Both the position numbers and the translations under genes were made by a program. From the IMG/VR virus record IMGVR_UViG_3300030380_006721, positions 10,690 through 74,689 of that record: a stretch of DNA of 64,000 nucleotides; one strand, written 5' to 3'. This DNA comes from a virus. The notes under the pieces were generated by a model, which did not search any database, was not told the origin of the DNA, and saw only the letters and a program-made list of their open reading frames with translations. Shown in pieces: positions 45,835-55,708 of the stretch; positions within the stretch are counted from its first letter, which is position 1, and every line of letters starts with the position of its first letter.

Positions 45835-46924
45835 CGCCTCCGGGGACGTTACCTGCGCGGAGTGTACCCAGATTTTGATTCAAGAAATCCAGAACTTCTC
45901 GATCTGTCTTACCTGCAGCTTTAGCGGCGTCGTAATCGAGACCGCCAAAGAAGTTTTCAGACCCTTCAATGTCTGGATTCATTGCGCTGGTTCCCAGTTG
46001 ATACCCTGAAGAACCACCCGAGGATCCACCAGAATTTCCTGATGATCCGCTAGAGCTTTCAGCAGGTTTTAGAAGTTGACCGATCTCGCTTGTCCCACCA
46101 GGTACGTTCGGTCCTCGAACAAGATCAAGATTTTGATTTAGGAAATCTTTGATGTCAGCGTCGCTAAAGCCGGACTGTTTAGCAGCTCTGTAGTCTTCGC
46201 CGCCAAAGAATGTTGCGTCTTGGCCGAACCTGGTTGAGATCTGTGGGGCTTGATATTCGAAAGCATCTTTGAATGCCTGCGTGGCAGGGAACTCTCCGCC
46301 TTGTGCTGACGCATCAAAGTCCATCATCTTTTGGGCGTACTCTCTCGAAGTAGCTTTCGATGTGTCGACTTGTCCTGCTGCAAGTTCATCGTAGAAGCCG
46401 CCCGCTTGACCAGCCCTGTTGGAAAGGGCGAGCATCATTGGGTTTTCATCTAGATAACTTTTGATTTCATCGTCGGAATATCCAATCTCTTTTGCCTTGA
46501 TGTAATCTTGAGCGCCAAACAGCGCAGTCTGACCGTATTGAGCAGCCAGGTCGCGAAGACCTTGACGACTAGGCTGGGTCGGCTGTGTCGTAGTTGGAGT
46601 CTGAGGCGCGGGATCAGGCTGTGATGTCTGAGGTGTTTCAGTCGTGGGCGAATCCAAGGCAGGAGCCTCCACTTCACTAGGAGCGGCAACCTGTTGATCA
46701 CGTGGCAACAACTGCAGGATTGTTGTTACAGGATTTTGTTGTTGTGGGCGGTAAGTTAAGCCACTACCACGTCCTTTTGTCGTAGTTTTAAAAGTTAAAC
46801 CTGGAGCAAAGTCTCCCCGTTTGCTTTCATCATCACTGAACAGATCCAACAGATTTAGGCCAAAGAGGCCGCCCGCTTTACGCAGACCTTGCTTCATCGG
46901 CTGGTTATAACGAAGCGCAGTCAT
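45794..46924 (-). CDS. hypothetical protein with three ~45-aa repeats
   Basis: FGxxDYxxAKxxGxxDxxIxxxLxxN...N..G repeated three times. Confidence 0.65.
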   Translation of the reverse strand: MTALRYNQPMKQGLRKAGGLFGLNLLDLFSDDESKRGDFAPGLTFKTTTKGRGSGLTYRPQQQNPVTTILQLLPRDQQVAAPSEVEAPALDSPTTETPQTSQPDPAPQTPTTTQPTQPSRQGLRDLAAQYGQTALFGAQDYIKAKEIGYSDDEIKSYLDENPMMLALSNRAGQAGGFYDELAAGQVDTSKATSREYAQKMMDFDASAQGGEFPATQAFKDAFEYQAPQISTRFGQDATFFGGEDYRAAKQSGFSDADIKDFLNQNLDLVRGPNVPGGTSEIGQLLKPAESSSGSSGNSGGSSGGSSGYQLGTSAMNPDIEGSENFFGGLDYDAAKAAGKTDREVLDFLNQNLGTLRAGNVPGGGGLYDQIAARVRG

Positions 46925-46962
46925 CCTTAACAAACAGTTTTCTAATCTCTAATATAGTCGAC

Positions 46963-47517
46963 TTAATCAAGTCGAAGCCAAAAACGTGTGGTATCAAACC
47001 CTGGACCCACAGAACCTTTCAAAACTTTTGAAACACGCAACGCTGCTTCGTAATCTTTGAAGCGTTTTGCTTTTTGTTTATCTTTGGTGTATGAACAAAG
47101 TATTTTTTTCTCTTTGTTCAAACAGTCAAGGACATACTCATCCCCACGAGAGATCACCCACACCTCTTGAAAACTGAGGAGAGGCATGGCTTCTCTCTCG
47201 TCATTGCTATAAAGCTTTCCTGCTAACTTTACCCTTGATTTAGTTTTTGTCTTTTTTGGGGCAACATATTTAACCTTTTTACCTTCTTTATCTTTGCTCG
47301 GAACGCCAAAACTCTTTTTCAATTTCCTTGCAGCGTTGGCTGCCACCAAAGGCTTTTCAAACACTTCGGATGTTAAAAGAGTGTACTCAGGTGTCCTAAC
47401 GCACCCTACATATCCACTGTCTGACTTTGCAGTGAAGACGTCCTTGCCCTTGGCCTCTGGAATCCAGACGGTAAAATCTACTTCTCGGCCCACGAATCTC
47501 CTACGTTTGCGTCGCAC
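46963..47517 (-). CDS. basic hypothetical protein
   Basis: K-rich ORF after the polymerase. Confidence 0.6.
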   Translation of the reverse strand: MRRKRRRFVGREVDFTVWIPEAKGKDVFTAKSDSGYVGCVRTPEYTLLTSEVFEKPLVAANAARKLKKSFGVPSKDKEGKKVKYVAPKKTKTKSRVKLAGKLYSNDEREAMPLLSFQEVWVISRGDEYVLDCLNKEKKILCSYTKDKQKAKRFKDYEAALRVSKVLKGSVGPGFDTTRFWLRLD

Positions 47518-49373
47518 TTTACTGGAACTTTAGACAAAACGCTCTCTGCTGCTTCTTTCATCTGAGTTTCGAGGACAGTTTTGTAGTGGTCCGCCTTACC
47601 TTCGATGACCTCGAAGACCAATTCATCATGCACCGTGGCTATGGGTCGAAACTCATCGCTTACAAATTTTCCTAGGCGGGCGATTGCAAGCTTCAGTATG
47701 TCTGCCCCTGCACCTTGTATCAAAGTGTTGGCGCAAGTGGTCATGGCTGCATCGTCGTAACTCAACAGTCTTCTTCTCCCAATAGGAGTACGAACGTAGG
47801 TCCAACCGTCCTGAACCATAGCGTTTCGTTCTCGATGCCATTCTCTCAATCTGGGGTAAGCACGATGAAACCCTGCGTGAGCCACCTTGGCTTCTGACAG
47901 GGAAATGATATTACCTGAACTTGCAGCGTAGGTTTTGTATTTTTTAAAACCCATTCCATAAAGCAATGCGAAATTCAAAGTTTTACCCATTTGTCTTTGA
48001 GACTTTTGGACTGCCTCGATCGGTAGGCTGTAAATGAGACTTGCAGTAAGAGAGTGAAGATCGGCACCCTCTTGGAAGGCTTGGATCATTTGAGGAATGC
48101 GAATCAGTTCCGCTGCTAGGCGTAGCTCAATCTGTGAGTAGTCAGCGATAACAAATTTGTAACCAGGAGAAGGTATGAAGCACTCTCTAAACTCTTTATC
48201 ACGGGGTACTTGCTGAATATTTATTCCCCATTGCTCCTTCTTCTTTTTGCCGGTAATGCGCTTAGCTCCTGAACTTGTGAAGCGACCGCTGTTTGCACCG
48301 TAGGAGTTGTAACCACTGTGCATATGACCTGACACAGGGTTGATGTTGTCGATTATTTTTTCGACATGCGCCAACGCTGTCTCAAGTTTTGTTCTTTTTC
48401 TCAGAAGATTGAGTGTGGGATCATCACTGTCAAATTCGCTTAAGGCAACCTGAGACAGCGTTTGTTTTCCTGTTCGTGCATCAAGTGGTAAATCAGTTCC
48501 GATCGTGTTGAAGCACTTGATGCATTGTTGATTGGATCCAGGATTGAACTCCTTCTTTGGGTTTTTTCCAATGGCGATTGATCCATCGGGGAGCTTCGGG
48601 AGTTTATGGTCATCGGGAAGACGACTATCTAAGGACTCACAAAATACTCTAGTAGCTACGTCAAGCTCTGACTTTTTCTGAGCTTGTAGAAGTCTCACTT
48701 TACTTACATCTACATTGAAACCATAGTGACACATCAATGCAACTGGACGAATGACTTGACTTTCCAGACCGTAGACATCAAGCAGGTTTTCGCTGGCTAG
48801 CTCTTGAAGCTGAAGAGAAGCGATTTTAGGGAGAATGTCAACGTCCTTTGCTGCATACTCAATTTGCTCCATGGTCAGATCGAGCTGGCTCCAGTCAGAT
48901 ACCTGCTGCTCTTTAGAGATCTCTATCTCCAATCTTCTTTCTACAACTGCCTTAAGCGAGCAACTGACATCACCAAAAAATACTTTCTCTGTTTTTGGGC
49001 TTACCTTCTTTTCTTTGAAACCAGCTCTGAGACAACGTTCAGCGATGAAAGTGTCAAATATTTTTTTCTTGAAATCGATTCCTAATTTTAGGAAAAACTG
49101 AAAGTCAAAGTTTGCGTTGTGGAAAAGAAGCATGGACCGGGACTCTATGAGAGCCTTCAGACCATCGATATTTTTGCATTTGAATAAATCAATAACGTAA
49201 ACAATCCGATCCTCTTCATCCTCTTTTGTTGAGCAGAGCTGAAGCAGTCGTGGTTCATGCACTCGTGCATCGAGCCCGGTGGTCTCAAAGTCACAGCAGA
49301 GCTTGTTGATGGTCCAAAGTTCTGCGAGAGCACTCTCGAACTCAAAACGAGTGGTTACGTAGCGGATTTGCAT
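47478..49373 (-). CDS. polA: DNA polymerase family A with 3'-5' exonuclease
   Basis: DFETTG, HNANFD, YAAKD; ADYSQIELR, RQMGKTLNFALLYG (Phe762-type), TVHDE; start placed at MQIRY. Confidence 0.95.
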   Translation of the reverse strand: MQIRYVTTRFEFESALAELWTINKLCCDFETTGLDARVHEPRLLQLCSTKEDEEDRIVYVIDLFKCKNIDGLKALIESRSMLLFHNANFDFQFFLKLGIDFKKKIFDTFIAERCLRAGFKEKKVSPKTEKVFFGDVSCSLKAVVERRLEIEISKEQQVSDWSQLDLTMEQIEYAAKDVDILPKIASLQLQELASENLLDVYGLESQVIRPVALMCHYGFNVDVSKVRLLQAQKKSELDVATRVFCESLDSRLPDDHKLPKLPDGSIAIGKNPKKEFNPGSNQQCIKCFNTIGTDLPLDARTGKQTLSQVALSEFDSDDPTLNLLRKRTKLETALAHVEKIIDNINPVSGHMHSGYNSYGANSGRFTSSGAKRITGKKKKEQWGINIQQVPRDKEFRECFIPSPGYKFVIADYSQIELRLAAELIRIPQMIQAFQEGADLHSLTASLIYSLPIEAVQKSQRQMGKTLNFALLYGMGFKKYKTYAASSGNIISLSEAKVAHAGFHRAYPRLREWHRERNAMVQDGWTYVRTPIGRRRLLSYDDAAMTTCANTLIQGAGADILKLAIARLGKFVSDEFRPIATVHDELVFEVIEGKADHYKTVLETQMKEAAESVLSKVPVKCDANVGDSWAEK

Positions 49374-49379
49374 GGCATT

Positions 49380-49408
49380 AAAAAAGGGCTGCTTCATTTG
49401 CAGCCCCT
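49380..49408 (-). terminator. Rho-independent terminator just upstream of polA
   Basis: - strand GGGCTGC-aaatgaa-GCAGCCC followed by T6. Confidence 0.7.
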
Positions 49409-49427
49409 TGACTCTAGCTGTTGTTAC

Positions 49428-50225
49428 CTAGTTCACTCGGCTGTTCCAGTAGTTAGTAATGAACTCATCTGTGTCAGCCCATGTATCCGCTAACACTCTG
49501 CCTGACTCGGTGAGTTTCATTTGATAAACCCTACGGCGCAGATGCTTTTGAACTCCAGAAAGTTTTTTGTCCTCTGAACCATAAGAAATTTGCTCTTCGA
49601 GTTCGAGGAAACCACCCTGCACAAGGAAGCTGCAACCATCTCTCAGCGTCTGGTAGACATTAGATGTGTGATACGTTTTCACACCTCGTCTGGGCTTGGC
49701 GATGATGGGGTGGTATTTCCCTTTGACCTTGGCGAAACCAGTGAACAGAGTCGACTCTGGGTTGATTTTACGACGAGCAAAGGCGTTCACTGTTGAAACA
49801 GCAACGTTCCTCATAGTGGCTTCTGGTACTGTCGCTAAATGATTCAGAATCATTGCAGCGCCTGCAGTCTTAGCTCCCTTTGTCGTCAACAGGGCATCCA
49901 AAGCTGAATCAAGAGTAAGTTTGTCTACCTCTAAAGTCGCCATGCTTGCCCGTGGGGACTTCACGCGACCTTTTCGGTTGATTTTGATTTCAGGGTGTGA
50001 AATAGCCAGCTTTGCAGCCAGAGCAGCGAGATCAGGATTTTTTTTCTCAATGCTCAGCTTGAAAAGTTTTTTGGTATCAAGAAGGCTTGTATCCAAATGG
50101 TCAACTAAATCAACTGACAATGTTGGAGTTTGACTGTCAATCGTCAAAAGTGTTTTGGCTTCTGATTCTTTGAGGTCAATACCGGCGATTTGGAACTTGA
50201 CTTGCATAGTGATGTCAATCAACAC
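49428..50225 (-). CDS. hypothetical protein, possibly winged-helix DNA-binding
   Basis: C-terminal ...FLVQGGFLE...YQMKLTESGR. Confidence 0.55.
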   Translation of the reverse strand: MLIDITMQVKFQIAGIDLKESEAKTLLTIDSQTPTLSVDLVDHLDTSLLDTKKLFKLSIEKKNPDLAALAAKLAISHPEIKINRKGRVKSPRASMATLEVDKLTLDSALDALLTTKGAKTAGAAMILNHLATVPEATMRNVAVSTVNAFARRKINPESTLFTGFAKVKGKYHPIIAKPRRGVKTYHTSNVYQTLRDGCSFLVQGGFLELEEQISYGSEDKKLSGVQKHLRRRVYQMKLTESGRVLADTWADTDEFITNYWNSRVN

Positions 50226-50253
50226 CGGTAGCGTAATGTCAATATATTTTTAG

Positions 50254-50628
50254 TCAACTCTTCTTTGTTTTCGTAATGTCTTGTTCAACATCGCGCACTA
50301 TGTGCCACAGTTCGTATGCAGTGCAATTAATTACGCTGTGAAGCTCTTTGAGAGTGTTAAAAGAATAATTTTTACTTATGTATGGGCCGACACAGACAGT
50401 TTTTTCTGATCGAGGTCGACCGTCATGACCTATCATCATCACATTGAAGACTTCTGGACCAGATAAATATGTGATCAATTTATTATCAAACGCCGCTACT
50501 CTTTTTACTTCCTGATATTGAGTGAGACACGAAGCAATCCAATGAAGTAGCTCTTCCTTACAGAGATCTCGAGCATACTTAGCTGCGAGATCCTCAAGCG
50601 ATTTTATAGTGTCTTTTAAAAAATACAC
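50254..50628 (-). CDS. hypothetical protein
   Basis: 124 aa ORF. Confidence 0.45.
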   Translation of the reverse strand: MYFLKDTIKSLEDLAAKYARDLCKEELLHWIASCLTQYQEVKRVAAFDNKLITYLSGPEVFNVMMIGHDGRPRSEKTVCVGPYISKNYSFNTLKELHSVINCTAYELWHIVRDVEQDITKTKKS

Positions 50629-50669
50629 ACGGCTAATGCAAACGTATGTCTTTTAAATTTACACCTGAC

Positions 50670-52211
50670 TTACTGAATTGCTTTTTGAAATAGCTCAACT
50701 GACTCCACATCTTCACAGATATCTACTGTTTGAACGGTGTCACAGAACATCTCCAAAGAAGAACTTTTCTTACCGATGCAAAAAGAATGCACATCAATAT
50801 CATGATTGTTTTTGAATACATTGAATTTACGTACAGTGTTGTCAGTGACCTGGCACTGCCCGTCTGTAATAATAAGCACGTCAGCTTTGCAGTCAATCTC
50901 TGCTACTCCACAAGCATGCCTCATAACCTGATCGAATGATGTACCACCACGTGTGTACCAAGCAAGAATAAAGTTCAAAAGATCTCTAGCATCTCCCTGC
51001 TGTGGGTCGATAGTGATGCTCTGATCGATACCAGTGTCGAAGAGGTGAACTTGGACCTGACGCTTTGTTCTGTAGCACTCCTCGGCGATGACGTAAGCCA
51101 TTGCTTTTGACCACAGCTCGTTGTCTCCGCACATAGACCCCGAAATATCGATGTACATGACGACTGGTCCCTGGACCAACTCCTTTGTACGAGCCTCGAA
51201 GTCTTTCGTAAGTATTGTTTTTTGAGAATGCTTCAAAGCAAACAAAGCTCTACCTTTTTGAGACGCTGCGAGCGCCAGCTCAGCAGGGAAAGCTTTGGTT
51301 ACGTCGTCCGACATGTTTGCGCCCACGATGTCGCTGTAAGACGAAGAATGCTTTTTTGCTCTTTTTCGCTGGTTCCAAGCCTGTTTCATAGCACCTAAAC
51401 GACGAGCAAAATCCATCAATTTTTTATTCTTTTTCAAACGTGAAGCTAATTCTTGTTTCTCGTTCACATTGCCGAGCTTGACTCCGAACCCTTGATTATC
51501 ACCTGCCAGGTTATTTAGAGCTGATGAAGTAAACTCACTGTCCTTCTGTGCTTGTTCGATGCTTTTGTCAATCTCTGATTTATTTACGGAATGAATGTCA
51601 CTCAAAATATCCTCGATGTTTTCGCCAAGTTCTTTGCCCCTCTGTCGCAGCTCCGCTGCCTGTGCGGTGTCACCAGCCTTCATCGCCTCGACAAAAGATT
51701 CTCTCAACCCTTGCAGCTCTTCTGCCATGGAAGTCAGTGCTGCGTGGACCTGAGTATTCGTCTCGAGCATTTCGTGAAGAACGTCAGACAATTCGTTCAA
51801 AACACAAACCGCTGCGTTGCCTGATTCGAAATGTTTTCCCAAACAGTTTTGCTGAAAAGCTGGGTATGCAGGACTGTTGGCTACGTCAATGAGTACTTTC
51901 GACCAAAGGGTGTATTCAGGTTTGAATCCTTTTGGGGTTTCAGGATTAAGACCATCTTGCTTTGCACGAAAATAATTTTCTATGTCATCAAGAGAAACCA
52001 CGTGCTCAGCCTCGCCGCCGCAGTAAAAGAATTCAAACAACTCCTTACCAAACCTGCTGAGCTGTCTGATTTCGAATTGATCAGCAAAATATTTAACTTG
52101 TGGTTTTGCGTCTCTTACAAACTCAGGCCAAAGAAAATCTGTAAGTGCGGAGACTTTCAAGACAAGTGGGTCTGATGTAGCTAAGCGAAGAAAATCTACA
52201 GTGCGATTCAT
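50670..52211 (-). CDS. VWA domain protein (ViaA-like)
   Basis: MIDAS DISGSM, GGTSF, IITDG at the C-terminus; helical N-terminus. Confidence 0.85.
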   Translation of the reverse strand: MNRTVDFLRLATSDPLVLKVSALTDFLWPEFVRDAKPQVKYFADQFEIRQLSRFGKELFEFFYCGGEAEHVVSLDDIENYFRAKQDGLNPETPKGFKPEYTLWSKVLIDVANSPAYPAFQQNCLGKHFESGNAAVCVLNELSDVLHEMLETNTQVHAALTSMAEELQGLRESFVEAMKAGDTAQAAELRQRGKELGENIEDILSDIHSVNKSEIDKSIEQAQKDSEFTSSALNNLAGDNQGFGVKLGNVNEKQELASRLKKNKKLMDFARRLGAMKQAWNQRKRAKKHSSSYSDIVGANMSDDVTKAFPAELALAASQKGRALFALKHSQKTILTKDFEARTKELVQGPVVMYIDISGSMCGDNELWSKAMAYVIAEECYRTKRQVQVHLFDTGIDQSITIDPQQGDARDLLNFILAWYTRGGTSFDQVMRHACGVAEIDCKADVLIITDGQCQVTDNTVRKFNVFKNNHDIDVHSFCIGKKSSSLEMFCDTVQTVDICEDVESVELFQKAIQ

Positions 52212-53395
52212 TTTTGATACCTAGAAATAGATTCTGCGATTGCGTCAAGGTTGTGATTAATTTGCTGACAAACTTTCGTAGCCTTCATTCGTGCAGATGC
52301 AGTGAATCGAACGCTGTCATTGTCTAAAGTTTGTTCTGTTTTTTCGGCAACCTTTTTCATGTCAGAGTGAAGCTTCTTGAGCTTGTTGACGTGGAAGTTG
52401 ACCTCAGCTAACTGATTGATTTGCTTGGATCTCAGCGCATTGAACTCGTTCATGATGTGCGTAGACGCACGTTGTGCCGATTTGACAAACTTATCGGCAG
52501 TAGGTACGCACTGGTCTACAACTTCTTTGATTACAGATACATCCTCTGGAGTTTGATAAACAATGTGATGGAGAGTCTCGTGGAGAAAGTCAGCGTGAAG
52601 ATTGTCTTCACCCTGCACCACTGCCCACCCTCTCAAGAATTTCAAAATCTGCACACGACGTCTGTCTGAAACCTGGATGCCACGACTCTCCAGCATCTCC
52701 ATGCATTCAGTGAATGCATTGATAAATTCCTCATGGACTTTTACAGCATTGGCAGCTTCGCGAAGCTTCACCAAACTTGCATAAGGAATACCAGTGTGCG
52801 GTTCAAGAGTCGGGCGCGACTCACCCAAAGCCCATTCATAAAGCAGACGTCTGCTGGTGGGCTTCTTGAGACCCTCTACAGTCGGCCTGAACAGAAAGCG
52901 ATCACAGAATGCTTGTAGAGATTCTTCTGTAGGAAAGGAGTTTGTTGCCGCGACAACTGAAACTATGTCTGTTTCGATTAGTTCCTTGCCGTTGTTGAAT
53001 GTTCTTTCGTTAAGTAACTGAAGAAGTGAATTCAAAACTGCAGAGCTACCTCTGAACAGCTCATCGAGAAAAGCAATGTTGCAGTCAGGAAGATAACCAG
53101 TGATGTCCCTGGTGTATTCATCCTCCAAAAGCTTGGAAACTGCTACAGGACCGTAGAGCTCAGATGGATCTGTGGTCGGTGAAAGTAGATAGCTAAAGAA
53201 CTTGCTGTTGAAAAAACCTTTTGAGATTGCACGCACAAGTTCTGACTTACCAGTTCCAGGAGCCCCAAACAAAAAGCAATTTTGTCCGGTGATGATCGAG
53301 GCAAGCACTCCATCGATGACATCTGTTCTCTCAAGAAAAGCTTTGTTGAGCTGTGTGCGAAAGATCTGAAATTGTTGAAAAAGATTGTCGTCCAT
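52208..53395 (-). CDS. MoxR-family AAA+ ATPase (RavA-like)
   Basis: GAPGTGKS, TDPSELYGP, FLDELFRGSSAVLNSLL, AATN, DRFLFR, SDRR. Confidence 0.9.
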   Translation of the reverse strand: MDDNLFQQFQIFRTQLNKAFLERTDVIDGVLASIITGQNCFLFGAPGTGKSELVRAISKGFFNSKFFSYLLSPTTDPSELYGPVAVSKLLEDEYTRDITGYLPDCNIAFLDELFRGSSAVLNSLLQLLNERTFNNGKELIETDIVSVVAATNSFPTEESLQAFCDRFLFRPTVEGLKKPTSRRLLYEWALGESRPTLEPHTGIPYASLVKLREAANAVKVHEEFINAFTECMEMLESRGIQVSDRRRVQILKFLRGWAVVQGEDNLHADFLHETLHHIVYQTPEDVSVIKEVVDQCVPTADKFVKSAQRASTHIMNEFNALRSKQINQLAEVNFHVNKLKKLHSDMKKVAEKTEQTLDNDSVRFTASARMKATKVCQQINHNLDAIAESISRYQK

Positions 53396-53455
53396 GATCA
53401 GAAAAATCTACGTTTTTTGGGATGAATGTCTAGTGATTTGCTGTGAAGTAAATTT

Positions 53456-54655
53456 TCAAAAGTCGCAGTCCTGCGTCGACTTGATGTCGGCTTCCTCAAG
53501 CTCCGAAGCAATTGCTTCCAGGTGGGAGTTAGCAACCAAACGTTCCTGGCATTTGCTGAAAATTTGAGAAAGGTGTTTCGCACGGTGCTTATAAACGCTT
53601 GTCTGCGTTTCAAGCTCTGTCTGGTACGTCTTGAGATCATCGAGTGTTTCGCAATTGGTAAGGTTTGAAATCAAATCCTGGTAGGTGTTGGAAAGAGTAA
53701 GAGACATTTGCAAAGACTCCAATCCTTTTGATGAGTCTTTACCTTTGATGATCGCTCGAGCCTCCTCTTGAATCTCTTCACGCACTGAGGCGTACCTTTT
53801 GAATGCAGCCATTCGAGCCACACCCTTAGGTGCATCGCGCATCGTCTCTCCAACCTGTATCAACTCCTGAACTAGAGCTGACATTGTCTGAAGCGTTGGA
53901 TTGTGTTTCGCAGAAAGTTGCAGATCAGATTGAATTATGCGCCAAGCACCACGCTTCTTGTTGTTTGTTGAAAGAACTCTTTCTCCAACCTTGTGGGCAG
54001 GCCGAGCATCAAGATCATCAAGAAGCTCAGCGATCTTACCCATGCTGGCGTCGAGCGCACCAGCTTGAGCAGCCTTCAACACTTCTTCAGTGTTAATGGC
54101 TGCTTCATTTTGAATTCGATCTTCAAGACAGTCAGGTGTGTCAGAACGCTCGAGTTTTGCAGGGTACGGACCGACTACGCTCACACTGATTGGTGCAGCA
54201 AACTCTTTTGCCGTGGGAAAGATCTTCATGTAAGCCTCGCGCACCATCGATAGCTGTTGACGATCCTTAAACAAAGGCGAGAAGAAGTTGTCGATAGTGG
54301 CTTCCCACTTAGTTAACTCAGAAGACCAAAGGTCTTTGAGTTGCTCGTTGAACTCATGAGCTCGAGCTTTGATCTCATTGATGCGTGACATCGCTTCATC
54401 GAAGTCATCAGGGTGTAGGAAGTGAACATCACCCTGGTTGATTGTGCATCTGTCGTACAGATACCGCTGCATCAAACGAAGCTCATCCAGATACTTTTTC
54501 AGAGCACCTGATATTCTTGGCCGGATTGAAATGGCATCAGCTTTTCTGAGAGTTTCGATGACATCAGCCGGAAGCTTGTAATCTTCAAAGGCAATCTGTA
54601 CGCTCTGACGCACAGAGGCAGACACTGAGCAATGGAGAATGAAGACGTCATTCAT
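53456..54655 (-). CDS. DUF3150-like protein
   Basis: ~400 aa helical protein directly upstream of AAA + VWA; family call is tentative. Confidence 0.5.
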   Translation of the reverse strand: MNDVFILHCSVSASVRQSVQIAFEDYKLPADVIETLRKADAISIRPRISGALKKYLDELRLMQRYLYDRCTINQGDVHFLHPDDFDEAMSRINEIKARAHEFNEQLKDLWSSELTKWEATIDNFFSPLFKDRQQLSMVREAYMKIFPTAKEFAAPISVSVVGPYPAKLERSDTPDCLEDRIQNEAAINTEEVLKAAQAGALDASMGKIAELLDDLDARPAHKVGERVLSTNNKKRGAWRIIQSDLQLSAKHNPTLQTMSALVQELIQVGETMRDAPKGVARMAAFKRYASVREEIQEEARAIIKGKDSSKGLESLQMSLTLSNTYQDLISNLTNCETLDDLKTYQTELETQTSVYKHRAKHLSQIFSKCQERLVANSHLEAIASELEEADIKSTQDCDF

Positions 54656-55068
54656 TGTGCAATCCTCTTAAAAGCTGTGCTGATCTTTTCGGTAACAAAA
54701 TCGTGAGCTTTGATTTTCAGTGCCGCGATGTAAGCCTTGCGCTTGTTTCTCGCCAGCTGCAGCTCACGCTCGAGTTTCTCGATGCGAATGTTGATACGAT
54801 CGAGCTCGTCGGTAGGGACTGGGACACGGCTGATTCGAACCATGACCATCGTTCCCATTTCAGGGAATCTAAAGAGCGACTCTGGTCCTTGATACGGCTC
54901 GAGGTCGATGCCGTCGCCGTCAGCAATCGTCAGCGCAGATGTAAGCGTTTGCCGAGCAGCTTCCCACGGAGTTCCGTAGGTCTCTTCTACTTCTGAGAGA
55001 GCGTCGTCGCACTCAAGCCACAGCGTGGCAGCCTTGCGGGCTTTGGTAACCAGTTGATCGGTTTTCAT
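54652..55068 (-). CDS. hypothetical coiled-coil protein
   Basis: Start placed at MKTDQ; ATGA coupling to the downstream gene. Confidence 0.6.
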   Translation of the reverse strand: MKTDQLVTKARKAATLWLECDDALSEVEETYGTPWEAARQTLTSALTIADGDGIDLEPYQGPESLFRFPEMGTMVMVRISRVPVPTDELDRINIRIEKLERELQLARNKRKAYIAALKIKAHDFVTEKISTAFKRIAQ

Positions 55069-55110
55069 GTTGATAAGAAGTGATGGAGTGATGCGGTGAG
55101 CACACAGTGT

Positions 55111-55139
55111 ACTGTACATCCTAGTTCAACTGGTGTCAA
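55111..55139 (-). promoter_or_regulatory. sigma70-type promoter
   Basis: TTGACA-N17-TACAGT on the - strand, upstream of the DUF3150/AAA/VWA operon. Confidence 0.8.
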
Positions 55140-55142
55140 CGC

Positions 55143-55158
55143 TGTAGCATGAGATACA
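55143..55158. promoter_or_regulatory. NtcA-type box
   Basis: TGTA-gcatgaga-TACA, directly upstream of the -35 hexamer. Confidence 0.55.
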
Positions 55159-55305
55159 TTTCAGTGACATGGCGGGTGAGTACAAACAGAAAAATGTAAT
55201 TTAATACTTTTCATACAAAAGCTAATCCCATACAGATTGTCGCTGACGCTGTAGATATAACTAAGGCAACGTACACATACAGAAAATATAAGCCCGTTGA
55301 TGAGC

Positions 55306-55536
55306 TCAGAATTTAGGGATGATGTTCTTTGTTGGTAGGTCTAAATCACCTGAATTTCCTGGTACGGGTAATGCTCCCCCGACACCTGGGATCAGGTCAG
55401 TCACCATTTCAGTGACCTGCAGTTTTGCCTGGTCGATGATTGACGGCAGCCTCGTATAAAGAAGTGCTGCACCGGTCAGCATTCCTGCTGACATCAAGAA
55501 ACTCAGAACTGCAAGAGTGTCAATCAATTTTCTCAA
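55306..55536 (-). CDS. conserved cyanophage single-TM protein
   Basis: MRKLIDTLAVLSFLMS...; P/G-rich tail. Confidence 0.65.
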   Translation of the reverse strand: MRKLIDTLAVLSFLMSAGMLTGAALLYTRLPSIIDQAKLQVTEMVTDLIPGVGGALPVPGNSGDLDLPTKNIIPKF

Positions 55537-55708
55537 GAAACTCTTTCTCCTTGCTATAGGGCGGGTGAGAGTAGAACTCGACTAAATCATAGACGTAAGG
55601 AATTAACCAGGTTGGCGGCCAACAGTGCTTCCAGTTGTTTGGATGCATGCAGTTGACCACCACTACCTGGTAAAAGGACCAACCGTAGTTGGCCCAGGTC
55701 CTTACTTT

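Noticed and set aside
47478-49373. Intein or intron in polA, the primase-helicase or the capsid gene
   Set aside because: Motif spacing and lengths are normal; no splice-junction signatures
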